Under the pieces are notes generated by a model that was not told the DNA's origin, did not search any database, and saw nothing but the letters and a program-made list of their open reading frames with translations. Below, in pieces: positions 8,572 to 16,828 of a stretch of DNA of 64,000 bases (positions are counted from its first letter, which is position 1; each line of letters starts with the position of its first letter). Where the stretch lies: contig JAEOTP010000043.1 of assembly GCA_016839765.1 (NCBI GenBank), forward strand, positions 119,655-183,654, in the 5' to 3' direction. A program made the position numbers and the translations under genes. The DNA is from Promethearchaeota archaeon. GTDB taxonomy: Archaea > Asgardarchaeota > Lokiarchaeia > Sigyniarchaeales > SOKP01.

Positions 8572-8898
8572 ATGAGTTTTGAAGAAGATTTTGATGAGGA
8601 ATTAGAACCTGTTAAATCTAAAACACCATCTACCAAAATTCCTTCAGCAGGAAAGAAATTGACTTTATACTTTACGTCAACCATTGGACCTGGTGAAAAG
8701 AAGGAAAAATTAACGGTAAATGATGCTAATCATGTAAGTGATATTAAGGAAACATTAGGAAATTTATATGGCCTTGATCCTAATGATTTTCACTTATCAT
8801 CTGGTGGAGTTACTATGGATGAAAATAGTCAATTAAAAGATTATAATTTAAATGATGGCGACGATATTCTTTTGATTCCTGCGAGTACTGCTGGGTAA
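8572..8898 (+). CDS. Ubiquitin-like protein 2, acidic N-tail, C-terminus PASTAG
   Basis: Close paralogue of 6291..6719 (shared STIGPGEKK, DIKET, DFHLSSGG, DILLIPASTAG); directly upstream of E1. Confidence 0.88.
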   Translation: MSFEEDFDEELEPVKSKTPSTKIPSAGKKLTLYFTSTIGPGEKKEKLTVNDANHVSDIKETLGNLYGLDPNDFHLSSGGVTMDENSQLKDYNLNDGDDILLIPASTAG

Positions 8899-8977
8899 AC
8901 TTATATAATTTTCTACATAAAGTATAATATGAAGGCATTAAGTCCTTCATTTTTTTTTATTTTTATTATTATTATTA

Positions 8978-10213
8978 ATGGTGATAATATTGGATAAAGA
9001 TTCAGATTTTTTTGCAAAAGCATTGTCAGTAAAAGAGAGAGATTTGTATGATCGCCAGTTTCGTCTCGAGGGCTGGTCCCAAAAATTAGTAAAAAACTCG
9101 AGAGTGTTAATTGTTGGTGTAGGAGGTTTAGGATGTGAAATTGCTAAAAATTTAGCCATGTTAGGGTTAGGCCAATTAGATCTTGTTGATTTAGATATCA
9201 TTGAACATTCTAATTTGAATCGTCAAATTCTTTTCACAGATGCGAAGATAGGAGAACCTAAGGCAGTTGTTGCTGCTCGAAAACTAAAGGAAATTAACCC
9301 TAATATTATTGTTAAGGGATATCATACATCTCTAGAAAGATTAAATCCTGCATTATATCAAGCTGCTGAAGTTGTAATTGGGGGCCTTGATTCAATGAAT
9401 GCGCGCTTGAACTTAAATGCTCAATGCATAAGATTTAGAAAACCACTCGTAGATGCAGGAGTATCAGGTTATCATGGTCATATTTACACTATCTTTCCGT
9501 ATCAAAATGCTTGTTATGAGTGCAATCCATTACCAGTAAGTGAAAGTGATGAAATGGCAGCTTGTACAGTTGTTGGAGTCCCCAGAAAAAGGATTCATTG
9601 TGTTTTTAAAGGAGATATGGCATTTAAAGAAAAGTTTGATAGAGATCCAAATCCAAAAGATATAAATGATATTAAATTTATTCAAAAAGTTGCAAATGAA
9701 TTGGTCAATAAACATAATTTCTTACCTGAATACACTAAAGATGATATCATAAAAATCATTGATAGGCATGATCCTGGAATAATTACCATAAATGCAGTTA
9801 TTTCTGCTTTACAATCACATGAGGTAGTAAAAATTCTTCATTGGAAAAAAGGTCATAAAGGATTAGGAGAACCTATTAAAAATTATGTGATTTTTAATGC
9901 CATGACGATGAAATTATACCATATTGAAAAAACGAGAAATCCAGAATGTTCTCAATGTGGTAAATCTGTTAGAAGAGTAGCTATAAAAATGAGGTCTCAA
10001 TCGCCATGTATAAATATAATTAAGATATTAAAGAAAAACGGATTTGAATTGGAGCCTGATTTTGAACCTGTGCTAACCTTATTGGATTTCAATGATATTA
10101 AAGTAATTGATTTAGAACAGAATACTATTGAAAACGGTTTAAGAAATTACGAATTTATTACAGTTGCAGGGTTTAAGGGTGGAGAAATTTATGTAACCTT
10201 AAAATTAAAATGA
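8978..10213 (+). CDS. E1 Ubl-activating enzyme (ThiF/UBA family, Uba2/Uba3-like)
   Basis: YDRQFRL, GVGGLGCE, DLDIIEHSNLNRQ, CYEC, catalytic-Cys-like CTVVGVPRKRIHC, TINAVISA, CSQC. Confidence 0.92.
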   Translation: MVIILDKDSDFFAKALSVKERDLYDRQFRLEGWSQKLVKNSRVLIVGVGGLGCEIAKNLAMLGLGQLDLVDLDIIEHSNLNRQILFTDAKIGEPKAVVAARKLKEINPNIIVKGYHTSLERLNPALYQAAEVVIGGLDSMNARLNLNAQCIRFRKPLVDAGVSGYHGHIYTIFPYQNACYECNPLPVSESDEMAACTVVGVPRKRIHCVFKGDMAFKEKFDRDPNPKDINDIKFIQKVANELVNKHNFLPEYTKDDIIKIIDRHDPGIITINAVISALQSHEVVKILHWKKGHKGLGEPIKNYVIFNAMTMKLYHIEKTRNPECSQCGKSVRRVAIKMRSQSPCINIIKILKKNGFELEPDFEPVLTLLDFNDIKVIDLEQNTIENGLRNYEFITVAGFKGGEIYVTLKLK

Positions 10214-10319
10214 AATTGTAGTCAAAAAATATATTTTATAAAAGTTTAATGAAAAAAAACATATATAAAAGAGAAAATTTTTATTATAAAAGCAGAGTAA
10301 AACAAAAAGGGTTGAGAAA

Positions 10320-10847
10320 ATGAGTATAAGAAGTAGTCGCGTTTCCCGCGATTTTGCTGGATTAAAAAAAATGCTTAAAGTTGGTACTATAGTTCAACTA
10401 AAACCATTTAATTCTAAAAAAAAGAGCATTGATCATTTAGCTATCACAATTAAAGGCCCTAAAGGTACTGTCTTTGCTGGGGGACTTTTTAAACTAGAAA
10501 TGAGATTCCCTGCTCAGTATCCTAAGCAGCCTCCTTTTGTAAGAATGCATACTCCAATTTGGCATCCAAATTTTTGGCCAAAACCAAGTGAATACAAAGG
10601 AAAGAGAAATATTTGTCTAGCATTAATAGACCCTTCCTTAATTGGGAAAAAGGGTGGATGGAGTCCTTCAAAAACCGCTGTTACAGTAGTTCAAGCAATA
10701 ATTGCTATGTTAAATACCCGGGGTAAATATGTAAACCCAACAGATGTTTTTAATAAAAAAGCAGCAATAGAAATGATGAAAAATCCTAAATTTTTCGAGA
10801 AAAAAGTTAAAAATTTAGTGAAGAAGTACGCTAAGAACAAGTGGTGA
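10320..10847 (+). CDS. E2 Ubl-conjugating enzyme (UBC fold)
   Basis: GPKGTVFAGGLFKLEMRFPAQYPKQPP, WHPN, NICL (catalytic Cys), WSPS. Confidence 0.93.
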   Translation: MSIRSSRVSRDFAGLKKMLKVGTIVQLKPFNSKKKSIDHLAITIKGPKGTVFAGGLFKLEMRFPAQYPKQPPFVRMHTPIWHPNFWPKPSEYKGKRNICLALIDPSLIGKKGGWSPSKTAVTVVQAIIAMLNTRGKYVNPTDVFNKKAAIEMMKNPKFFEKKVKNLVKKYAKNKW

Positions 10848-10854
10848 AATCATA

Positions 10855-11661
10855 ATGAATATTGATGAGAAGAAAAACAATTTAATCAAAGAAGCAATAA
10901 AGCAAAAAATTAAAGAGAAAATTAAAAAAGAATTACTTGAAGAGATATATACCGAATTACAATTAGAAGAAGAATTAAGGGAAGAAATAACTTCTGAACT
11001 TATTGAAACCCAGCCATTAGAGCATTCAGAAACAGTTAAAGCCAAACTTGAACCCATACCAATGGAACCGGTAAAAACATATGCTAAGAATGATAAAGCT
11101 GAAGCAAAAGTAGCTCTAACAGTAAAAGCTGTCCTTAAGATCGCTAGTCATTCATTAAAATATGCTCATTCTAAAATTCGAAGAGAGGAATGGGTTGAAG
11201 TGATAGGATTACTCGCTGGAAAATTTGACAATACTAAAGGAGTCCTTCATGTGGAAGATGCCTATCCAATGGGACATGGTACAGCAGTTTATGCTGAAAT
11301 TAAAGATTATAAAAATTATGTTAGAGCTTTTAAAGACATAAAAAAGAACAGCCTTTTTATTTGTGGATGGTATCATTCCCATCCTTCTTATGGATGTTTT
11401 ATGTCTAAAGAAGATTTAGGAACTCAAGCAAGATACCAAAAATTATGGGATAAAGCAATTGCGCTAGTTATAGATCCATACCAAATTGATGGCACTTCAT
11501 TGGGTTTTGAAATCTATCGTGCGAATTTTAAAACAAATAAGTGGTTTTCAGTACCATTTGATATTAAAGGATATTTAGATGTGAGAATGTTGCCGGAAAT
11601 TTTGGAATTTATGAATCCAATCATTGAAGGTAAACCTGTTTATTTAGAATATGATGAATGA
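10855..11661 (+). CDS. JAB1/MPN+ (JAMM) metalloprotease, Rpn11/CSN5-like, with N-terminal coiled coil
   Basis: EVIGLL...GWYHSHPSYGCFMSKED...ALVIDP. Confidence 0.92.
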   Translation: MNIDEKKNNLIKEAIKQKIKEKIKKELLEEIYTELQLEEELREEITSELIETQPLEHSETVKAKLEPIPMEPVKTYAKNDKAEAKVALTVKAVLKIASHSLKYAHSKIRREEWVEVIGLLAGKFDNTKGVLHVEDAYPMGHGTAVYAEIKDYKNYVRAFKDIKKNSLFICGWYHSHPSYGCFMSKEDLGTQARYQKLWDKAIALVIDPYQIDGTSLGFEIYRANFKTNKWFSVPFDIKGYLDVRMLPEILEFMNPIIEGKPVYLEYDE

Positions 11662-11684
11662 TATTTTTTGGTGAAAATTAAACA

Positions 11685-12836
11685 ATGGTTAAAAAGAAGG
11701 GTTTAGCAATAATATTTATTGTTTTTCTAATAATTGGTATAATACATAGTTCTATCTCAATTTCCTTAAATATTTTTTTAACTTGGATATTTATTGGTTT
11801 ATGGATAATTTTTACGATTAAGATTTTTGAAAATATAAAGCAGCATCGCGAATTCAATTCACCACATAATACTGCTTTTTTTGTAATCATCCCTTTATTC
11901 ATCGGAATTTTTTACTCCATTTGGGGGTATTTTACAGGTATATTGGGTGAAAACCTTCTTGAAGGCTCAAATATATATTTTAGTTGGTGGAGTCTCATTT
12001 TTGGATTTCCATTTATAATATATGGTTCTTATTCTTTATATCGTTGTTTTAAGAAATATAATGTAATCTATTTTGGAACCAAGTCAGTAAAAGCTAGGAC
12101 ATTAGGATATATTTTAACTTCCACAGTTATTCTTTTTATAATAATTTATTGGGTAATGTTTTATAGTGTTATAGAATTTTATGATTCTCTATTAACCCCT
12201 CTTCATTTTTCTTTAAATCTAAATCTTCTATTATTATTCATTGCATCATTATTGATCTTTATTATTTTTGGATTAGCTAGTTCACATAGAACACTTCCAA
12301 CATTAACTCGGGATTACATTGCTCAACGTACTAGAAGAATAAATTCATTAAGTACTCCTACAATTCAAAGGCAAAGGGTACGTACAACAACTAGAACTAC
12401 TCCATCACCTTCAAGAAGAACTGTGACTCAAACAACGAGGTCTAGATCTCATTCATCGAGAACAACACCTACTTCCCAAAGGCAAAAAACTAGAACAACA
12501 AAAACTACTAGAACTAGAGCCGTAAAAACAACTTCAAAAGCTATAAATTTAGATAAATATAAACCAAGAGCATCATATCTGTCAGAAGATGATTTTAAAT
12601 GTATTTTTTGTTTTAAGCTGCCAAAACTACCCGATGATAATGGCAGAGGGATAATTGTATGTCCAAATTGTAGATATCCGGCTCATGCTGATGAATTTAA
12701 AGATTGGCTAAGAACCTCAAATCTCTGTTCAAGATGTAGTACTCCCATTCCATCCAGATTTAAACATAATCCTAGAATAATTAGTATAAAAAATTATCAA
12801 ATAGTCTATAGGCATTTTTTAAAGAAGAAAAGATAA
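11685..12836 (+). CDS. Multi-pass membrane protein with C-terminal RING-variant zinc finger (putative E3 ligase)
   Basis: About 6 hydrophobic segments, R/T/S-rich linker, C-x2-C-x16-C-x2-C-x4-H-x2-E-x3-W-x6-C-x2-C; last gene of the E1/E2/JAB run. Confidence 0.72.
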   Translation: MVKKKGLAIIFIVFLIIGIIHSSISISLNIFLTWIFIGLWIIFTIKIFENIKQHREFNSPHNTAFFVIIPLFIGIFYSIWGYFTGILGENLLEGSNIYFSWWSLIFGFPFIIYGSYSLYRCFKKYNVIYFGTKSVKARTLGYILTSTVILFIIIYWVMFYSVIEFYDSLLTPLHFSLNLNLLLLFIASLLIFIIFGLASSHRTLPTLTRDYIAQRTRRINSLSTPTIQRQRVRTTTRTTPSPSRRTVTQTTRSRSHSSRTTPTSQRQKTRTTKTTRTRAVKTTSKAINLDKYKPRASYLSEDDFKCIFCFKLPKLPDDNGRGIIVCPNCRYPAHADEFKDWLRTSNLCSRCSTPIPSRFKHNPRIISIKNYQIVYRHFLKKKR

Positions 12837-12841
12837 TTAAG

Positions 12842-13795
12842 CTAATTTTTTAATTTGATATTGTTTCTTAAATCTCCGATAGTAGTCACTAACTCTGCAT
12901 AAACATTGTGCGGATGAATTGATTCAAAACTCTCAATTTTAAAGATAACTTTAAAATCATCCTCTAAATTTGGAAAATTTCTTATAATAAAATTCTTAGC
13001 CATTTCTCTAATTACATCTTCGGCAAATAATGGTTTTAAATGAGCACTTCTGACTAGTTTAGCTTCCTCTGGTCTTTTTAATACAGATTGCATTTTTCCG
13101 CTCATTGAATCTTCAATAATTTCAATAATATCTAACACATCAATCTTATGATTATTTAAATCCTTTATTTGCACTATTATAGTTCCATTTGATCTTTGAT
13201 TATGTGAGCTAAAGGGTAAAATGTTGAGAAGTTTTTGTACTGTATCATCAGGAATATTTATATCACTTCTATTTTTAATAATTTCTTCAGCATATTCTTG
13301 ACTCATTTCCTTTGCACACGGACAAACTGTCATTCCAACGGCGCTTGCTCCAATAAAGTAATTAAAGTCAATTTTTTTCTGTTGGTTCTTCCAAGCTTTC
13401 ACAAATGAACTTATATTATACGCTTTTTGTATTGTTCGTTGCTTATCATCTTTTGCTTGGACTATAATTTTGCCCTCTAGTTTAACTTCAACTTTTTCAG
13501 TATATGAATGTTTTTGTAATAATTTTCGAGCAATCCTATCTCCTACTACTTCTACAGAGGGAGTTGGCTTGAATATTACTTCATTTATGATTTCCTCAAT
13601 AGTTTCAGATGTTCGAGACATATGGATTCCTCTTTTGTGTCTAGGTAATGAAATTAATGCGGAAATTATAGGATAAAAAGAATATTTTTTATTTTCTTGA
13701 ATGATATCTACTTTTTTTTCTACTCCTACAATTCCTACTTTATCTATAGGAATGTCTACTGTCGAAATTGAGTCTTGTAAATCCTTTTTAAACAG
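12842..13795 (-). CDS. mptA: GTP cyclohydrolase MptA (FolE2 family); start extended upstream of the track ORF
   Basis: Upstream in-frame DLQD...IDKVGIVGV...RGIHMSR; GMTVCPCA, SHNQR, LKRPEE, ESFESIHPHN; CTG at 13795 after a GGTGA RBS. Confidence 0.88.
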   Translation of the reverse strand: MFKKDLQDSISTVDIPIDKVGIVGVEKKVDIIQENKKYSFYPIISALISLPRHKRGIHMSRTSETIEEIINEVIFKPTPSVEVVGDRIARKLLQKHSYTEKVEVKLEGKIIVQAKDDKQRTIQKAYNISSFVKAWKNQQKKIDFNYFIGASAVGMTVCPCAKEMSQEYAEEIIKNRSDINIPDDTVQKLLNILPFSSHNQRSNGTIIVQIKDLNNHKIDVLDIIEIIEDSMSGKMQSVLKRPEEAKLVRSAHLKPLFAEDVIREMAKNFIIRNFPNLEDDFKVIFKIESFESIHPHNVYAELVTTIGDLRNNIKLKN

Positions 13796-13898
13796 ATTGA
13801 TTAAAAATCACCGATATTTATTTGCTTCTACCAATTCTAATAATTATTATTCAATTAAATTATTTTTTGATATAATGTAAAATTAATTTTGTTTTTTT

Positions 13899-15062
13899 AT
13901 GTACAGTTCAGAAATTTTTAGCAATTATGGTTTAATTGGTGATAACTTAGAACTAAAAAGAGATATTAAATTAGAAATTGATGAAAATGGTAATTTTAAG
14001 GGTATTTCGTATAAAAATGTAGGAAATACGGTCCACCTTTCAGATAATAATTCAAATTTATTATTAGTACCCGGATTAATCAATTCTCACATTCATATAG
14101 GAGATAGTTTTGCCAAGGAACAAGGGTTTAATAAATCTTTAAAGGAAGCTGTCGCTCCCCCAAATGGAATTAAGCATCTCCTATTAAAACAAGCTCCAAA
14201 AGAAGAGAAAATAAAAGGGATAAAAAAGGCAATACAGGAAATATTTTCAAATGGAATTACTTTTTTTATCGATTTTAGGGAAGGGGGATTTGATGGACTT
14301 AAGATTTTATATGAATTTATTGAAAGAGAAAAAATTATTGATTCTTTTATTTTAGGAAGATATAGAGAGAAAGAAGAGATAAAAAAGATTTTCAAATTAG
14401 CAGATGGGGTAGGTTTACCCAGTTATAAAGGTATACATCCAGAAGTTAAAAAAATCCTAAGAAAATGTAAAGCGGAGACTGGAAAAATTGTTGCTTGTCA
14501 TGTTGCTGAATTAAAAAGGAATAGTAGTTTAATAAATCAAATTTTTAATGATAATATAGTCGATATCTTCATTCATGGAACTCATTTCATTAAAAAAGAT
14601 TTAAAACTTTTAGTACAAAAAAATAAAGCCTTAATTTTATGCCCACGTTGTAATGGATATTTTGGAGCTGGTTTTCCACCAATAACTAATATTTTAAAAC
14701 TAAAAATACCCTTAGCAATCGGAACAGATAATGTAATGGCTAATAGTCCTGATTTATTTGAAGAATTGCGGTACTTATACCGGATCTTAAGAGTGATGGA
14801 CAAGAACATAAAAGTAACAGGGAAAGATTTGCTAAAGATGGTTACAATTAATGCTGCTAAAATCTTTAATGTTGAAAGTCGGATAGGTTCGATATCAGAA
14901 GGGAAAAATGCGAATTTCTTTATAATTGATTTAAATAATCCTAATTATTATACACCAAAATTAAATATTGATACGTTTTATGCCTTAATCATTGGAAGAA
15001 CTAATTCATTTAATATTAAAAAAACATATGTAAGGGGTAAACTTGTCCATGAAAAACGCTAA
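13899..15062 (+). CDS. Metal-dependent amidohydrolase (nucleoside deaminase-like)
   Basis: PGLINSHIHIGD, HVAE, IHGTH, AIGTDN. Confidence 0.8.
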   Translation: MYSSEIFSNYGLIGDNLELKRDIKLEIDENGNFKGISYKNVGNTVHLSDNNSNLLLVPGLINSHIHIGDSFAKEQGFNKSLKEAVAPPNGIKHLLLKQAPKEEKIKGIKKAIQEIFSNGITFFIDFREGGFDGLKILYEFIEREKIIDSFILGRYREKEEIKKIFKLADGVGLPSYKGIHPEVKKILRKCKAETGKIVACHVAELKRNSSLINQIFNDNIVDIFIHGTHFIKKDLKLLVQKNKALILCPRCNGYFGAGFPPITNILKLKIPLAIGTDNVMANSPDLFEELRYLYRILRVMDKNIKVTGKDLLKMVTINAAKIFNVESRIGSISEGKNANFFIIDLNNPNYYTPKLNIDTFYALIIGRTNSFNIKKTYVRGKLVHEKR

Positions 15063-15714
15063 AAAACCTTATATTATTTTAAATGCAGCCATGACGATAG
15101 ATGGGAAGATTTCCTCAAAAGAGGGAGATTCTGAAATATCAGATGAAGAGGATTGGAAAGAAGTTCATAAACTTAGAACTCAAGTAGATGCGATTATGGT
15201 TGGAAAAAATACAATTTTAAAGGATAATCCTAAACTTCATATTAAATTTTATGAACATAAAGGTTATTATCGTATTGTTATAGATAGTAACTTATCCATT
15301 CCAATTGATTCACAGGTGATAAATTTTAAGCCAGAAACCTATCCTACAATAATATGTACTACAGAAAATGTACATCAAGAAAAAGTTAAAGAATTTGAAG
15401 CTAAAAACATAAAAGTAATGAGGAACGGAAAAAGTTCACGCGTAGATCTTAAAAAGTCAATGTCAAATTTATATAATTTAGGGATTAAATCTGTTCTTCT
15501 AGAAGGTGGAGGGAATCTAAATTGGAGTTTTATTAAGGAAGATTTGGTGGATGAAATAAGACTAACTATAGCACCATGGATTATAGGAGGAAAAAGTTCT
15601 ATCACGTTAGCTGATGGTGATGGCTTTGAAAATATGCTCCAAGCTCAAAGGTTTAAACTCGTTGATCTTAATCATAGGGAGGATTATGTTATTTTAAAAT
15701 ATAAAAGATGGTAA
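15043..15714 (+). CDS. arfC: 2,5-diamino-6-ribosylamino-4(3H)-pyrimidinone 5'-phosphate reductase (RibD_C / ArfC)
   Basis: AAMTIDGKI, VHKLR..VDAIMVG..T...DNPKL, LLEGGG. Confidence 0.88.
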   Translation: MSMKNAKKPYIILNAAMTIDGKISSKEGDSEISDEEDWKEVHKLRTQVDAIMVGKNTILKDNPKLHIKFYEHKGYYRIVIDSNLSIPIDSQVINFKPETYPTIICTTENVHQEKVKEFEAKNIKVMRNGKSSRVDLKKSMSNLYNLGIKSVLLEGGGNLNWSFIKEDLVDEIRLTIAPWIIGGKSSITLADGDGFENMLQAQRFKLVDLNHREDYVILKYKRW

Positions 15715-15715
15715 A

Positions 15716-16828
15716 ATGAGTAAAAATACAAATTATTATAAAAATCTTTCAATCCGAAAACTAAAAGAAAAAGTAACACAGATAAAATCCTCATTACCAG
15801 ATGAGAGTCGACATACTATCACGTTTTCAAAAAATTTCACCTTATCTTTATCAAATTATTGCCAAAATGAATGTAAATATTGTTTTTATAATTATAAAGT
15901 TCCTAAACTAGAGGGTAACGGTAATGTCATTCTTATAGGAAATGAGCAAATTATTACACTGATTCAAAAAGCCATAAAGTCAAATTGTAAGGAAGCTTTA
16001 TTAATGTCTGGAGAAAGACCAGATAGCTTCATTGAGGTTAAACGAGAATTAAGAGAGAGAAAATGTAATGATTATATGCATTTTATTATTGTTATTTGTT
16101 CTTATCTTTTGGATTTTAAACTCTTGCCTCATACCAACTTTGGAGTACTTACTTTTGAGGAATTAGATAAATTAAAAAATTTTAATGCCAGTATGGGGCT
16201 AATGTTAGAAAGCACTAGCTTAGAATTATTCAAAAAAGGTGGAGTTCATGAATTATCGCCAGGTAAATTACCAGAAAAAAGAATAGCCCATATTAAGAAT
16301 GCGGGAAAGTTAAAAATTCCGTTCACCACAGGTTTATTATTAGGAATAGGTGAAAATTTCGAAGATAGGATTAGAGATCTTAACTTAATCAAAGAAATTT
16401 ATGAAGAATATGGCCATATTCAGGAAGTCATAATACAAAATTTTGTAGGAAAAGAAGGAATTCAATATCATCCAGAATATCCCATATCAATTGAAGAAAC
16501 TCTAAAAATAGCAGGTATTGCAAAACTTATATTTGGAAACGAGATAGCCATCCAAGTACCTCCTAATTTAATACGAGGATATGAGAAAGAAGCAATCGAG
16601 TTAGGAGTCAATGATTTTGGAGGGATATCTCCATTTACAATTGATTTTATCAATCCTGATCATTTATGGCCTCAAATTAATAATTTAAAAACTATTTGTA
16701 GGAATTTAGGTTATAAACTTAAAGAAAGATTTCCAATTTATGAAAAATATATACAAAAATCAGAATTCTGTCCAGTAAATATTAAAAAAATTATAGATAA
16801 TATTAATTTAAATGGTACAGATTTATAG
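15716..16828 (+). CDS. cofG: FO synthase subunit 1
   Basis: ITFSKN, CQNECKYC, LLPHTN, SMGLMLE, PFTTGLLLGIGE, HIQEVIIQNF, QVPPNL. Confidence 0.93.
   Translation: MSKNTNYYKNLSIRKLKEKVTQIKSSLPDESRHTITFSKNFTLSLSNYCQNECKYCFYNYKVPKLEGNGNVILIGNEQIITLIQKAIKSNCKEALLMSGERPDSFIEVKRELRERKCNDYMHFIIVICSYLLDFKLLPHTNFGVLTFEELDKLKNFNASMGLMLESTSLELFKKGGVHELSPGKLPEKRIAHIKNAGKLKIPFTTGLLLGIGENFEDRIRDLNLIKEIYEEYGHIQEVIIQNFVGKEGIQYHPEYPISIEETLKIAGIAKLIFGNEIAIQVPPNLIRGYEKEAIELGVNDFGGISPFTIDFINPDHLWPQINNLKTICRNLGYKLKERFPIYEKYIQKSEFCPVNIKKIIDNINLNGTDL

Noticed and set aside
8572-10213. ThiS/MoaD plus ThiF/MoeB sulfur-carrier pair
   Set aside because: Ubls lack Gly-Gly, and the adjacent E2, JAMM and RING genes point to conjugation
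10211-11661. TGA stops of E1, E2 and JAB as selenocysteine read-through
   Set aside because: Each TGA falls at the natural domain end, not at a catalytic Cys position; no SECIS recognised
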